A stretch of 63,758 nt of DNA, filler included, from Neoconidiobolus thromboides FSU 785 (GCA_025603075.1; 9 parts of 9 records of this genome joined end to end with filler, not necessarily neighbours in it); one strand, 5' to 3'. Counted from the first letter of the whole stretch, positions 23,564-36,863 are shown. The notes: a model not told the origin generated them from the letters alone. Numbers and translations: made by a program.

Positions 23564-24315
23564 GGCAGATGAGAAGAGAATTTTCTTAATAAATTAGGAA
23601 TTTTTTATTCGGATATTAAATGTTTTATGATGTTTATTTGTTACTCTTATATTACGCTTATAGGTTGTTTTTATTACTTCACTTTCTTCATTTATAAGAA
23701 AACACCTATTTTATTATTCATGGAATTCATCAAAAAAGATAATTAAATATTAATTGCCTTTATTGATAAGATATTTTGCTGTCGTTTTTCAGCTCCAATA
23801 ATACATAAAATAGGTAAAAATACAGTAATATTTTCATATAGTCAATAGCACCGAAAACAATAACACGATTAAATAACTTGTAAATGATTTGAACAGCATC
23901 AAGTTGACAATTCTCAATAAAAATTTAGCAAACTATTAAAAAAGAAATGTCTCACTATATCGAAATAAAAATGAGTTATTTTATATCCATTTTGAAGCAT
24001 TATTTTTTGAAACCTATTTGACAAATTTTACCTTTTGAGCTAATAATGTTATTAACGATCAAGCTAAATGTAACTAACTAATCTTTTAATTGCTACTTTC
24101 ATTTTACACTTTTTTACTGCCCCAGCTATCAGTAATTCCAAGCAAAAACTCAATAAGATGTTATAAGTACTGATAAAAAATCCTCAACATTTTTTTTGTT
24201 AAATGTAATATTTAAGCTCGTTTATATTTATTTATTTTTTAAAATATTTATAATTTTGTTGGGCTTACTCGCGATTGTTTGATGCTTGACAAGTAAAACA
24301 TTATAAACGGTATAT

Positions 24316-24440
24316 CGGAGTGCTTTTTTTGGTTTCACTTTTTTCATTTAAGTATTATTTAAGTGAAGCTATTAGTAAAATTCTCAATTTATAAGCACTA
24401 AAATATGGAAATGTATTTTTTTGTTTATTAATATTATCTA
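24316..24440. mobile_element. Degenerate MITE plus partial second copy
   Basis: Partial consensus matches only. Confidence 0.55.
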
Positions 24441-24660
24441 AATTTTTAAATAAAAAGTGCCTGTTAAAAAGTTAAGCTACACCTAGGTTGAATCTAATAT
24501 TGAATTATTTAAAAGTGAGTTATTTTTTTTGGACATGATGATCCAGTGTTGATCTTCAGTATTTATTTAAAGTGTTGCAATTTTAAAAAAGCTATATAAA
24601 ACCCAAATACATAGCATGTAATGAATTTGCTATTTTGTGTTTTAAAAATTAAAAAAGAAA

Positions 24661-25160
24661 ATGAAATACATTTTACTACTAACTCAAATAACTTTCATAT
24701 TAAGCATGGATTTATTCCAACCAAAAGAAAATGGTTTAGAAGATTTAGCTAATCCTGAGAGAATTCGATTCGAATCTGAAATTGGTAATTTCCTTGAAAA
24801 TAGGCCTCGTCATCCAAGCCCTAATCGTGTTAGGCCTCATGGTAACGGTCCAAAAAAACCAGGCCTTAAACTCAATCCTAATAACGATTCAACTGAAAAC
24901 ACTTCTAAATCTCAAGATGATAATAATTATAAAGATTCACCTCATCCAAGTCATAATAAGTTTAGACCCCAAATTGATAATGAAGATTTACCCCATCCTG
25001 ATCATAATCTTGAGGATTTAGCTCACCCTTTCCATGACCCTTCAAGTTCAGCTGTACATTTTATTAATAAATGTAAATGGGTCGATGGTCATCCATGTCC
25101 AAAATCAAGCTATGTTTGTTGGAATAGAGCACTAGATAAAGAGTTTTCTGTAGAGAAGCC
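24661..25160 (+). CDS. Secreted His/Pro-rich repeat protein with Cys-containing C-terminal region (3' truncated by gap)
   Basis: Signal-like N-terminus; repeats LEDLANP/LEDLAHP and HPSPNRVRP/HPSHNKFRP; then CKWVDGHPCPKSSYVCW. Confidence 0.7.
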
Positions 25161-25311
25161 NNNNNNNNNNNNNNNNNNNNNNNNNNNNNNNNNNNNNNNN
25201 NNNNTTAATTAATTAANNNNNNNNNNNNNNNNNNNNNNNNNNNNNNNNNNNNNNNNNNNNTCATAAATACTACTACAAACATTAATAATGATTTATTATA
25301 GAATATAAAAA

Positions 25312-25524
25312 ATGCTTAACAGCTTCAAATTATTATTAGTTCTCTTTTTTGTCCTTTAGGTAACTGCCGACTCTATCTGTAGAAGATGTAATGTTAGAGC
25401 TGGAGGTTTATGTGTTGCTGACTATGAATGTGGAAATGCTTGCCATCAATATCCTGCAAGTTCACGATGGGGTATTAATGGAGATTGTGACTGGGGTTTT
25501 TGCTGCTGTGGTGATGATTGCTAA
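25312..25524 (+). pseudogene. 10-Cys defensin-like peptide with in-frame TAG in signal peptide (absent from ORF track)
   Basis: MLNSFKLLLVLFFVL*VTADSICRRCNVRAGGLCVADYECGNACHQYPASSRWGINGDCDWGFCCCGDDC*; TAG at 25357-25359. Confidence 0.75.
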
Positions 25525-25859
25525 ACTACAAAATGGCATATTTGTGTATCCTTATATCTTACAATATTACATTATATGATAATAAGTTTGTTGGATATTA
25601 AACCACTTTGAAGGTCATCTTTAGTAATGGAATAAACAATTTGTATCAAATATCTTATTACTTCAATTTTAATTTTAATATTCAATTTTGTTAACAAACT
25701 ATAACTTTTTGAAAGCTAAACACTTTTAATCAATTCAATTTAATGTTGCTTAATAAACAACTAATATTTTTATTACATTATTGCTCTAAAAATTTTAGCT
25801 ATTAAAAAATTGTTAACAAGCAACTTTTACTTTGTAATAAATCAGACTCAATGTATTGT

Positions 25860-26150
25860 CTATCTGATGTATATTAATATTGAAGGTAACCCAGGGCGGC
25901 AAAGATCTAAAAATGAGCAGGGTCTCCAAGAAAGCAGAAAGCTACTCCCAATAGGAAGGTTGGAATCGCCAACAAAATTCAAACCTAATGGGTAAAGTGA
26001 GGATTCTGAACGACCCAATTTTATAAAGCTTCTGTGGTAGCTTGTAGAAGATAGCCAATCAACATTCAATGAAGATCATAAACAATATTTTAGTCTGGGG
26101 CTCTGATCCAGTCCAGAAAGCTCCATAGTTTCGAATACAATAGAGTTGTT
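25860..26150 (-). pseudogene. GC-richer degenerate coding remnant, probably TE-derived
   Basis: One frame reads as protein-like text broken by seven stops, each one C-to-T change from a Gln/Arg codon. Family not recognised. Confidence 0.35.
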
Positions 26151-26695
26151 AAAAAATAAATTTTATGATGGTGCAGGAACTAAAAGTTGGTAAATGCTGT
26201 AACCAAAGCAAGGAAAGCTGAAAAAATAGTTAAGGAGTAAAAACTAAGCTATATAATTTGTTACTTTTTCTTTTAATAGTATAGTTTTTTAGCTATTTTT
26301 CAAATCGTATTATGTCTAATGCTAAAGTTATGTCATTGTAATTTTTTTGCTAGTGTATATACTTGATAATCAAAAAAATAGAAAATTTAATAAACAGTCT
26401 TTAAATTTTGATATTTTTTAATCCAATAGGTAACATGCTCTACAACCTTTATTTAAATAATAACTGTGGCTATCGTTTTTTAATTTTAATACATTTGTTA
26501 TCAACTCGTATTATCAGTATTATTAAAAATGATAATCTGTATACTTAAAAAGGTTTAAAATATCATATAAAGGGGAAGTTACAAACTCAACAATTTATTC
26601 TACTATCCCATATAGTAGAAAGAGCAAGTCTTACAAAACAAACAATCCAGTTTTTATTGAAATAGATTAAGCTAATTTTAAAAGTTTTTCTAAAT

Positions 26696-26793
26696 GAAGA
26701 TGTTTTTTTTACTTCATTACTTTTTCCATCTTTTGAGCACTATTTGAGTGGAAAATTTGTTAGTAAAATTCTTAAATACAAAAATATATTCCC
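26696..26793 (-). mobile_element. MITE with AAAT target duplication
   Basis: AAAT|GAAGATG...TATTCCC|AAAT. Confidence 0.88.
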
Positions 26794-27308
26794 AAATATA
26801 GAATAGTATAATTATTGGTCTATACTATTTGTGTGGTGACGTTATCTCCGACTTTTTTAACCAGTTCCTGTCATAGGTGCTATGAACTAATTAGATCATG
26901 AAGAGATACATTTTAAGATGCTACAAATCCCTCAACTAGAAAGTTAATAGATAAAGTATTAAAATAAGTTGATAGGTTAGATGTTAAATTGAAAAATAAA
27001 ATTGAAAAAGGTTAAATATTTTAATTAGTATTTTATTACCATANNNNNNNNNNNNNNNNNNNNNNNNNNNNNNNNNNNNNNNNNNNNTTAATTAATTAAN
27101 NNNNNNNNNNNNNNNNNNNNNNNNNNNNNNNNNNNNNNNNNNNCCATCAATCGTAAGAGACATCTTAATAAAGGACACAAATACAATAAGCGTTAATTAG
27201 CAAATAAAGAGTATGATAATAAGAATCATGGTAAAAAGGGGCATAAATATGGGAAATAATAGCTTGACATTGTTATTTTGAAAGGAATTGCTATCAAAGC
27301 TATTATAT

Positions 27309-27407
27309 GGAGATATATTTTTGTATTTAAGAATTTTATTAACAGTCTTTTATTTAAATAGCACTTAAAAAATGGAAAAAGTAATGAAGCCAAAAAAAAA
27401 CATCCCC
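27309..27407 (+). mobile_element. MITE with ATAT target duplication
   Basis: ATAT|GGAGAT...CATCCCC|ATAT. Confidence 0.9.
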
Positions 27408-28300
27408 ATATTTATTTTTAATAAAAGTATTTAAAAATGCATTCTATTATTAACTTTTTACTACTATTTCTATTCCATAAGTTTTTTTACTAATGTTGGA
27501 CTGAAACTAACCATATACATATTGGCGATAGTTTCTAATCCAACAACTGCTTTTTTTACTAAATCATCATAGTACAAAAATTTTGATATCCCTTCTCTCT
27601 ATCGTTCTTATGACTTGTAAAACATCTTTAATTTTTTAAGGATTAAAATAAGCTATTAAGTATTTAATCTTCTTTTATATCAGTGTCATTTGGTTTCAGG
27701 TGGCACCTATCTTTGTCTTAACTTTTAGTGATCCTACGGCCTTTTATTATTGTAACAATGCTTCAACAACCCATAAAAAATTTATAGTTATCTATTTTTC
27801 ATCTCAGTCACTGTTTAACTCTATTTATTTTAGTGAATAGGATGCTTATTAGATAAAAATTATCTCATATTTTGAAAGAGTTGTGGGTAAGGTTTATTTA
27901 TGAAACATTCTTTAGTTTGCCCGCTAAATATCTCTCCAGACATGCCTGATCAAAGTCTTTACACATATTTCGATTTAATATTTTATCAAAGAAACACTTG
28001 GGTATCATTTTTCAAGGATCAAAACAGTATGACAACAAATTATAGTGTATAGAAAGATTTACAAATAGTGTTAAGTTATTTTATTTTGACGTTTTTTAAA
28101 AATCATTATGGAACTATTTTTATTAACGAATAGTGTCATGTTGAGAATTAAGAATTATCGAGTACGTTGAAACTATTCCCTTCAAGAATACTGACATCGT
28201 TCGCTTATTAACTTCGCTTTTGATTGGCCTAGGTGGATAAAACAGTAATTAAACAAATTCTCAACTTTTTTCATTTTTTAATATTTAACTCATCAAAAAT

Positions 28301-29400
28301 ATGGCTTTAAAAGAGCAAGTTTTAGTAAGTGGAGGAACAGGATATATAGCACAGCAAGTGGTTTTTGATTTGTTAAACCTTGGCTATGTTATCAACACCA
28401 CAGCAAGAAAACTTCAAGACCCTAGATGTGATATATTGAATCGATGGAAAGAAGAGTTCCCAAATCAGTTAAATATATTTGAAGCTGATTTGTTGAAAAA
28501 GGATTCTTTCCTTCCAGCATTAAAAGGGTGTAAAGCTGTGTTTCATTTAGCCACTCCTGTTTTGATTAAGAACTTACCTACTGATCCATATGAAGAGCAA
28601 GTCAAACCTGCAGTTGAAGGTATTAGTATTTATCTATAATGTTTTAGCAATACTAATAGTGGTTAGGAACCCAAAATTTACTCGAAAGCATTTTGAAGGT
28701 TGATACTATTACCGACATTATTGTAACTAGTAGTGTATCTTCTGTATTCACTACTTTTGACATTAAGCAGGATTACTATACCGAAAAAGATTTTAACTAT
28801 AAAGAAACTATTGAGTCATGTGCTTACTCATATTCTAAAACTCAAGCTGAATTGAAAGTATGGGAGTTTGAGAAGCAACACCCTGGTAAATACAGAATTC
28901 TAACTATCAATCCAGGAGTTGTATTTGGGCCTTTAGTTGGTGCTAAGCAGTTATCAATTAATGGAAAAGAAAGTAATGTAGCTTTGGATCACATTAAAGA
29001 TTATGTTAACGGGGTTCATAAGCTTATCCCTAAAGGTAAATCTTGATTTTGAATAGTCAGCAATAACTAATATTTATATTTAGGGGGACGTACTTATGTT
29101 GATATACGTAATGTGAGTGAAGCTCATATTAGAGCTTATGAAAATAAAAGTGCAAGTGGGCGATTCATTTGTAATAATGGCGTCTTTTCCTGGGAAGAAT
29201 TTTCAGGATTATTAAGGAAATTATTGCCTGATGCTCCTTTACCATCCGAAATCAACCAAGAATCAAAAGAGGAAGACTTACCAAAGTTAGATAACACCAA
29301 ATCTAAAAACATACTCGGTATCAATTACATCCCATTGGAGGTTTCTATTAAGGATCAATTGAAACAGTTCGTTGATTTACCTTATCAAATTAAAGAATAA
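28301..29400 (+). CDS. NAD(P)-dependent epimerase/dehydratase family, aldehyde reductase/DFR-like extended SDR (2 introns)
   Basis: VLVSGGTGYIA Rossmann motif, VFHLATP, TSSVS, YSYSK catalytic YxxxK, INPGVVFGP. Confidence 0.92.
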
Positions 29401-30336
29401 ACGATATTTTTGAATAAATTTTATGGTTTGCTATTATTATTTTCAAATGTATTAGCGATTGTATTTAATTAACAATAATATTGAAAATCTAACTTAGTAA
29501 AACTATAGTACTCAACTGGTTTATTATTTAAATTTGGATATAACTATATAAAAATAGTAAGTTAAGTGACCTTTGAAAAAATCTGTGCTCAAGATAATGT
29601 TAACATAAATTCAAAATCAAGTTTGAAAGAGTTGCTTTTTCACCCAATGCTAAATATTAACAATAATAGCCCAAGTTTTTTTAGAGTTCTTGAAAGGATA
29701 AACCCCCAATTGTTTAATAGCCTATATTTAAATTAAAATTTTTACAATAATGCATCCTACGATTTGTTTTCTTTTTTGTAAAGTTCCATGGGTTAGTAGA
29801 CAATAGATTTATGTTACAGGTGACTAAAGGTGACCATAAAAGGAATAGCGATGATAATACTTTACACTATTTTTCAAACATTTGAATTTATAAGGATAGC
29901 AAAGTAGAGTGTTAATTTTAGTTTTTTCAATTTATTATCTTGAAACATTAATGAAATTTAATTTATAAGAATATTTTCCTTATTTACTAAGCTCCCTTAT
30001 TTTATATTTTGAAGATTTATTCATTACCGCCACTAGTTTAGTTAGGGATAATAATTACAGGTATAGGTTTGAGGAAGATTTAGATATATCAAAATAGACT
30101 ATTGACTTGATACTATATGTATATTTATTAGCTAAAAATAGAGATAATAAAGATAATGAATTAAATGCGGTAAACTTTGGCTTCAGGTAAAACTGACTCC
30201 CATTGAGTTTGAGTTTTAAGCCAATCGAATAATATGNNNNNNNNNNNNNNNNNNNNNNNNNNNNNNNNNNNNNNNNNNNNTTAATTAATTAANNNNNNNN
30301 NNNNNNNNNNNNNNNNNNNNNNNNNNNNNNNNNNNN

Positions 30337-30425
30337 TTTGATTTTATAGAATTTTAAGCGAAGTTTTTAAAATACAAAATTTTTCAAAAATCGGATAAAA
30401 TAATGAAACTAATTCAGACATCCCC
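30337..30425 (+). mobile_element. Terminal fragment of long Sola-like element
   Basis: Ends GGATAAAATAATGAAACTAATTCAGACATCCCC, matching the termini at 4495 and 50751. Confidence 0.7.
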
Positions 30426-33344
30426 TCATATTATGTTACCTAAAAGCCTCGTTAATCTGGGAATTTTTGTTAGGATTGTGGCTTCCATTTGTAATTTTTG
30501 TCTAGGATGAAAAAATAGAAAAAAACGGCTCCTATATAAAGAAGAGATTTCAAGGGATATACTCTTGTATAAATTTTTTTTTCACACATTTATCTAAATG
30601 AGTCAACAAAATTATGATATATCTTACTTTTTAAAATTCTCAAACAATTTGTTACAAGGTTTTAAAATTTAATATAAAACAAGACTATAGATTAATAAAA
30701 TTAGTAAGTAATAATCGAATTCAAAAAATTGATAGTGATTAAAGGAAAATAGCTTGTATCTCAATATAAAAGTTATAGAAATTTGGTACTAAAAATTCTT
30801 TGAATAAGATATAACTTGAAACATTAAATTAAAGTAGATTTTTGAGTTTTTTTGATAAGCAACAGTTAATTCAAAAATATAACAGGGGGGTTATATTGTA
30901 AAAATAACAAAATAGAATAAAGCACGATCTTAAGTATTATTTACTAATCAATTAGTAAGTACTACACAGTTATTACATAAAAAATTTAATTTACTAAAGT
31001 TATTTACATTATTTTATTGCAACAGAGAGTACTTTGTTTAGTGTGAATAAATTGAAATTTGTCTAAAACTGTTTTGCTTTTGTATAAATAATACTAAAGT
31101 ATTTAATCCTATTAAACTAGTACTTAAAAACATCTATTTTTATTTTGACTTATTAAAACTCACTCAAGCCTTAATATTGAGCCTAAGATTCTTTTTCTTT
31201 TTTCTTTTTTTCTACTTTTTTCATATTAAGTTTTTTCGATTTTGTTTTAATCATATTTTTTATTGCTAATAATAATAGCTTTAGATTTTGATAGGTAGGT
31301 AAAGGTATGTTTTTTAACTCCTAGTATATAATTTTGTTTATATTGAATACTTTTAGCATTTATATAGGCACTTCCATTAAAAACTCGATGATTTTATGTA
31401 TCATTTTCATAACTATACGATATTTTGTATTACTCTTCTTGTATAATGCAATAACTATTTTCAAAGTTTCTTACTTTTTGTCTTTTAAATAGCATTACAT
31501 AATTTATGAAGACTCAACCTCAATAATTCTTTAAAACTGAGCATTAAATATCTTTTACTATGTAACAGCTTATTAGTAGATTGTTTAACAGATATATAAT
31601 ATATAACTATATGATTATATAATTATATAAATACATAATTATATAAANNNNNNNNNNNNNNNNNNNNNNNNNNNNNNNNNNNNNNNNNNNNTTAATTAAT
31701 TAANNNNNNNNNNNNNNNNNNNNNNNNNNNNNNNNNNNNNNNNNNNNAGTTAAGTACATAATGTTAAAATCTATTTTATTTATTGATATACTTTTACTTA
31801 GTTTAAACTTTAGTTTAAATTAGTCGACGTCCCCGCTATTAAAGATGAAAAAAATCACTAGCTATATACAACTACTCCCTATTTTATTTTTATTAATTAT
31901 ATATGGCTAAATACTGCAAGACAATCTACCTTAAAGCTTTACATAATGCTATTTAAAAAAAACCAGATCAGTTTCCATAACTGAACCGGTGTAAAGGTTG
32001 ATTTTGATTTAACCAATAAGATTAAAGAATTTTGATAGGCATAAAGGTTAATAAAACTTTAAGTAAATAGAAAAAAAATTATAAAACGACAATTAAATAA
32101 GGATATTTAATAAAATAAGTGGGATGAGACTTTATTTTCTAATGTATCATTTATTCATTTATTCATTTAATATTTTAAATTTTATTGTAATTTATTATTT
32201 TTTTAATACTGGTTCGGTTTTTAACTAAAGATAAGTTTAAGCTAAAGCTTAAATTAGAACTTTTGCATTTATTAATTTTAAAATCTCATTGGTTAAACAA
32301 AGTCAGACCTTAATTAGTTCAACTTTTATGAATTTGATCCATTTTTTTAATCTTGAAAGAGTAAACTTTTAAGTGTTTTATTGTTAGAGGTAAATGAATT
32401 TCAAAGAATAACTGATGGCTAATTGATTTAGAGGATATGGTGGAGATGAAGACCCCTTTTTTTGACCAATATTATATTAGTACCCATTTAGATAGATAGA
32501 ATGTTATAATGTTATTAATGCCATTTTTAATTCAAGTAAATCATATTGTCATATAGATTAGTAGTGTTGAGATTTTCATGGATTAAGGGCTTCGGGGGTT
32601 GAATAATTTTAGTTCATCCATTTCCACTTTAGTAAAAAACCAAACTTGAATTTTAGTGGAGATTTTAATTAAGAATATATACTTCAACATCAATATAAGC
32701 TATTAATGTGGTTAGACTTTATATATAGTAATTGAATTTATGTTTTTATATAAAAGAATATTTATGGGGTTTCAATAAGTTAATTACATTTTAGTCATTT
32801 TTAATAAGAGCCATTAAGAAAGCTATTTAAACTTGTTGATTTTGATAAGTTATTCTTTAGAAACTAATCTTATCAGGTTCCACGTTTTTGTCATGCAATT
32901 ATCTATTTACATAAGTTATTTACCTATTTGATTTTAATAATAAAATCCATTATAACCGTTTGGGATAAGCCGACAAGGGTTTAAGCTAACATAAGATGTA
33001 GAATTATTGTCAAAATTTTACATTACAAATTTGGTATAAAGTATAAAAGGTGCCAATTAACTGATAGTTATTTTGGTAAGGTAGCTCAAATTATATACCA
33101 ATGCTCCAAATAATTTTAAGGACTCTAATAAATATTATACTTCTAATCGCAGCTATTTCTTTGTATTTTATTCCGGCTATTAGAGAATAATATAGTTTTT
33201 ATCATATTATCTGGTCTAGACCATATAGTCTTATAAATCTATTGNNNNNNNNNNNNNNNNNNNNNNNNNNNNNNNNNNNNNNNNNNNNTTAATTAATTAA
33301 NNNNNNNNNNNNNNNNNNNNNNNNNNNNNNNNNNNNNNNNNNNN

Positions 33345-33486
33345 GTTCTTTGAGATGAGGTTAGAAATCCTCATAACAAACCAAAACAAGAGCATAGGAT
33401 TGATTATCTCTGAACTCAAGAACACAGCAGCTTAGGCGATTATTATGCTATAATCAACTATGGGGCTGACAGAGCAATATTTCACA
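33345..33486 (+). mobile_element. 3' part of TG..CA solo-LTR-like element (cut by gap)
   Basis: Near-identical to 46586-46727; ends ATTTCACA and is followed directly by a MITE end. Confidence 0.85.
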
Positions 33487-34160
33487 AAGCCAAAAAAGAC
33501 ATCTCTATATTATAGCTTTTTTAAATTATTTTTTTAAGTTAAAACAAATAAACATTACAATGTTTTTATAATTACTAACTTTGAATGTAAACTTTAATTA
33601 TACACTTCTTTATTGATTTAAAATATACAAAAACAATACCATTCTAATTTAAAATCTTACATAAAAATAAAAACATTACTGAATTTCAATTATTAAACGT
33701 TTACATAAATACCCTCATTCCTTTTTAATATGAGTAATCTCCACTAACATTCTTAACATTACAGGCTGGGAAATATACTAATAATTATCAAATATTAAAA
33801 AATTATTTAAAGCCATAATAAATTTAATTTTATATAATATTCAGGAATCAAACCTGATATCTGGCTTTAAAAATCAGTAATTTTGTTACTTAACCAACAT
33901 TATTTGAATTTGGCACGATTTTTTTTTCAATTTTAACTAACATTCCACCAATCCAACTCAATCCCAAAATCCCAGACTTAAAAGCAAAAAGCCTAAAAAC
34001 TTAAAAGGAACCAAGCAGGTAATCTGCTTTGACCAATCAATTGTTCAATATATCTTCTTAAACTTATCTTTTTTTGAGTAAAAGCAACTTCAAAACAGAA
34101 ATCAATTTTTCAAGGTTCCAAATATTTTTCAATTAATAAGTAACTAAAAGAATAATAACA

Positions 34161-34528
34161 ATGGGAGTGTCACGTAGCGATAGCAATAAAGTAATTCAAC
34201 GTTTGAAAAAAGAAACTCGAGAAAAAAGAAGTAAAAAGAAGGCATTATTTCGTCAAAGTCATGAAAAAGAAATTATTCAAGGTAGAGAAATGAGTAAAAA
34301 GAAATTAAAAAAGAAAGAACAGAGAGAGAGGTTGGTAAGTATTTTTTTAATAAATATTTGAATTTTGGGGTAGGTGAATCAAGAGGAAGCGAAGAAAGAG
34401 TTATGACAAAGAATATTAATAATTCCTTTTAGGTAAAAAGAGAGTTTGAAAATATTAAAAATCAGCAAAAAGCGGAGTTAGAAGCTAAAAAACAAGAAGC
34501 TGCCAAGGATAATGATAGTAATAATTAA
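34161..34528 (+). CDS. Small basic coiled-coil protein, spliced, function unknown
   Basis: K/E/R-rich exon 1 ends at a GTAAGT donor; downstream exon VKREFENIKNQQKAELEAKKQEAAKDNDSNN*. Confidence 0.55.
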
Positions 34529-35607
34529 GACATTATTTATTTGAAACAAAATATTAACCCTTTTCTAAATAGTTGAATAAAATAGATATTTGGAATAAAT
34601 ATATAATTTGAATTAAATATATAGTTAAATAAAAAACACATAGAAATATAAAAAAATATTTTTAAAACTATAGAAATTTGATCACTTTTATTTTTTTAAT
34701 AAGGATTATACTTTCTCAATGAATCAATCGATTAGTCCATAAAGGCAACAATAGTACTAAAAAAATGAAATATTGTTAAAATGATTCTAAAATAAAATAT
34801 AGAGCTTACCGAAAAAGATAATAAAATAATGAGAGCATATAGAAAGCTAATTTTGAAAAATATTCAATCTTATGTTGATTTAATTCTCGATAAATATTAG
34901 TAGCATCATAAATTTGTTTGTTATTAATTAGTCTATAAAAAGAATTAAAATTAATATCAAATTATAGAATAACCTTATTAACAAGACTTACCTATAAATA
35001 TTATAACCTAAAATTGGGAATATAAACAATACAGTTAACCAATGACCAGTGAATAAAGATAATAAAGATAAGATAAAATGCATAACTAATTCAGGTTTAA
35101 CATACTAAAATAATATCAAATAAATATACTAATAGTATCAATATATAATTTCTATTACCTTATTTAAGTCCCTACAGCAATCTATTGGATTAATATAATC
35201 ACTTTCAACATCAGTAATGTACATTAACTAATTTAAAAAAAACAACACCATAATTTAACACTAATACATTAAAATAAAATAAAAACCAAAACTTACCATA
35301 AATAAAACATTAACAAATAGAGCAATGTCAATTACAAGCATACATAGATAAAGGAAGCCTAACATTTTATGTGTTTAAATTTAATAAAACTAAAACTTTA
35401 TACAAAAGTAAAAAATTGGACAAGTCTTGAGTTAAAATTTCAATACAAATTCTTTCATAATTGTGGATGAATTTAGAGCCAATTAAATCGATTGAGTTAC
35501 TATTTTTGAATGTGAACCAATCAATGTATGTTAGCTAATCCATCCTTTTAGCTTTTAAATGTGTTAATTGTTAGATGTTTTTATAGTATGAGAGTATTAT
35601 AAAAGAG

Positions 35608-36863
35608 ATGAAAGATGAAGATAAAATCATATTATACTCTGATGAAGAATGTATATTATTAGATAATGCTAAATTGCTTTTAAAATATAGTTATGGAGAT
35701 CAACAAATTCCAAGTTATTGGTTTAATTTACATCATAGTTATAGAAAGGTTAATGAACAAGTAAGTATTATTATTATTATTATATAAAAAAGAGAGATAG
35801 TTTTTATTAAGTACTTAATATAGAAGACAATAAAAAAAAAGAGAATAGAGATAATAGATATGGAGATTGATAATGAAATTGAAAGATTGATTCTAAAATT
35901 AAAAACAAAAATTCAAAATTTATTGTATTTAAAAAATTATTCAGATAATGAACCGAGTCGGAATAATCGATTGATCTCGGATAAAATTGATTTTAATTCA
36001 ATTATAGATTTATATCAAACAATGAAAAAATTTCAACAAAATTTAGAAGATACAGAGATAATTTCAACTGATATTGAATTAACTGAAGAAAACAAAGAGA
36101 TTAATTTAATTGATATAGTAGAAAAAAAAGTAATAAATAAACAAAATGAAACTAAAATAATTTTATTAGATCAACAATATCAATTAATAATTCCTAGAAA
36201 TAATGAATTTTTATTAGGAAATTTAAATAATTTTCAAATAAAAGATAAGTTTGATATAATTATTATGGACCCACCATGGCCAAATTCTTCTGTAGATAGA
36301 AATTTCAAATATAATACGATGGATATATATGAATTATATAAATTCAAAATTAATCAATTATTAAATCAAAATGGAATATTTTGTATCTGGATAACAAATC
36401 AAAAAAAAATTCAAAAATTTATATTGGAAAAATATTTAAGAGATAATCAATTATATTTACATAGTAAAGTTTATTGGGTTAAAGTAAGATTAATATTATT
36501 AATTATTTTATATTTAAATGTTAATTTATGAACTATTTTATTTTATTTTATTTTATCTTTTAGATAACTACTAATTTAGAACCTGTATTTCCATTATTTA
36601 ACAATCATCGTAAATGTTATGAAATTTTATTAATTGCAAGTAAACAACCAACTAATCAAATTAATATTAAATATTTGTTTGCTGTACCTTGTAAAATTCA
36701 TTCGAAAAAACCAATTATTCAAGGTATTTTAAAAGATTTAATAGATATTGAAATAGGTTCAAAGTATTTAGAATTGTTTGCTAGAAACTTAGTTAATAAT
36801 ACAACATCTTGGGGAAATGAAGTTATTAAATATAATATATTAGAAGAAAATAATAATAAATAA
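35608..36863 (+). CDS. METTL4: MT-A70 family N6-adenine methyltransferase, METTL4-like (multi-exon)
   Basis: FDIIIMDPPW catalytic motif, WITN, YWVK, HSKKP, LELFARNL, WGNEV. In-frame upstream exon 35608-35760. Confidence 0.85.
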
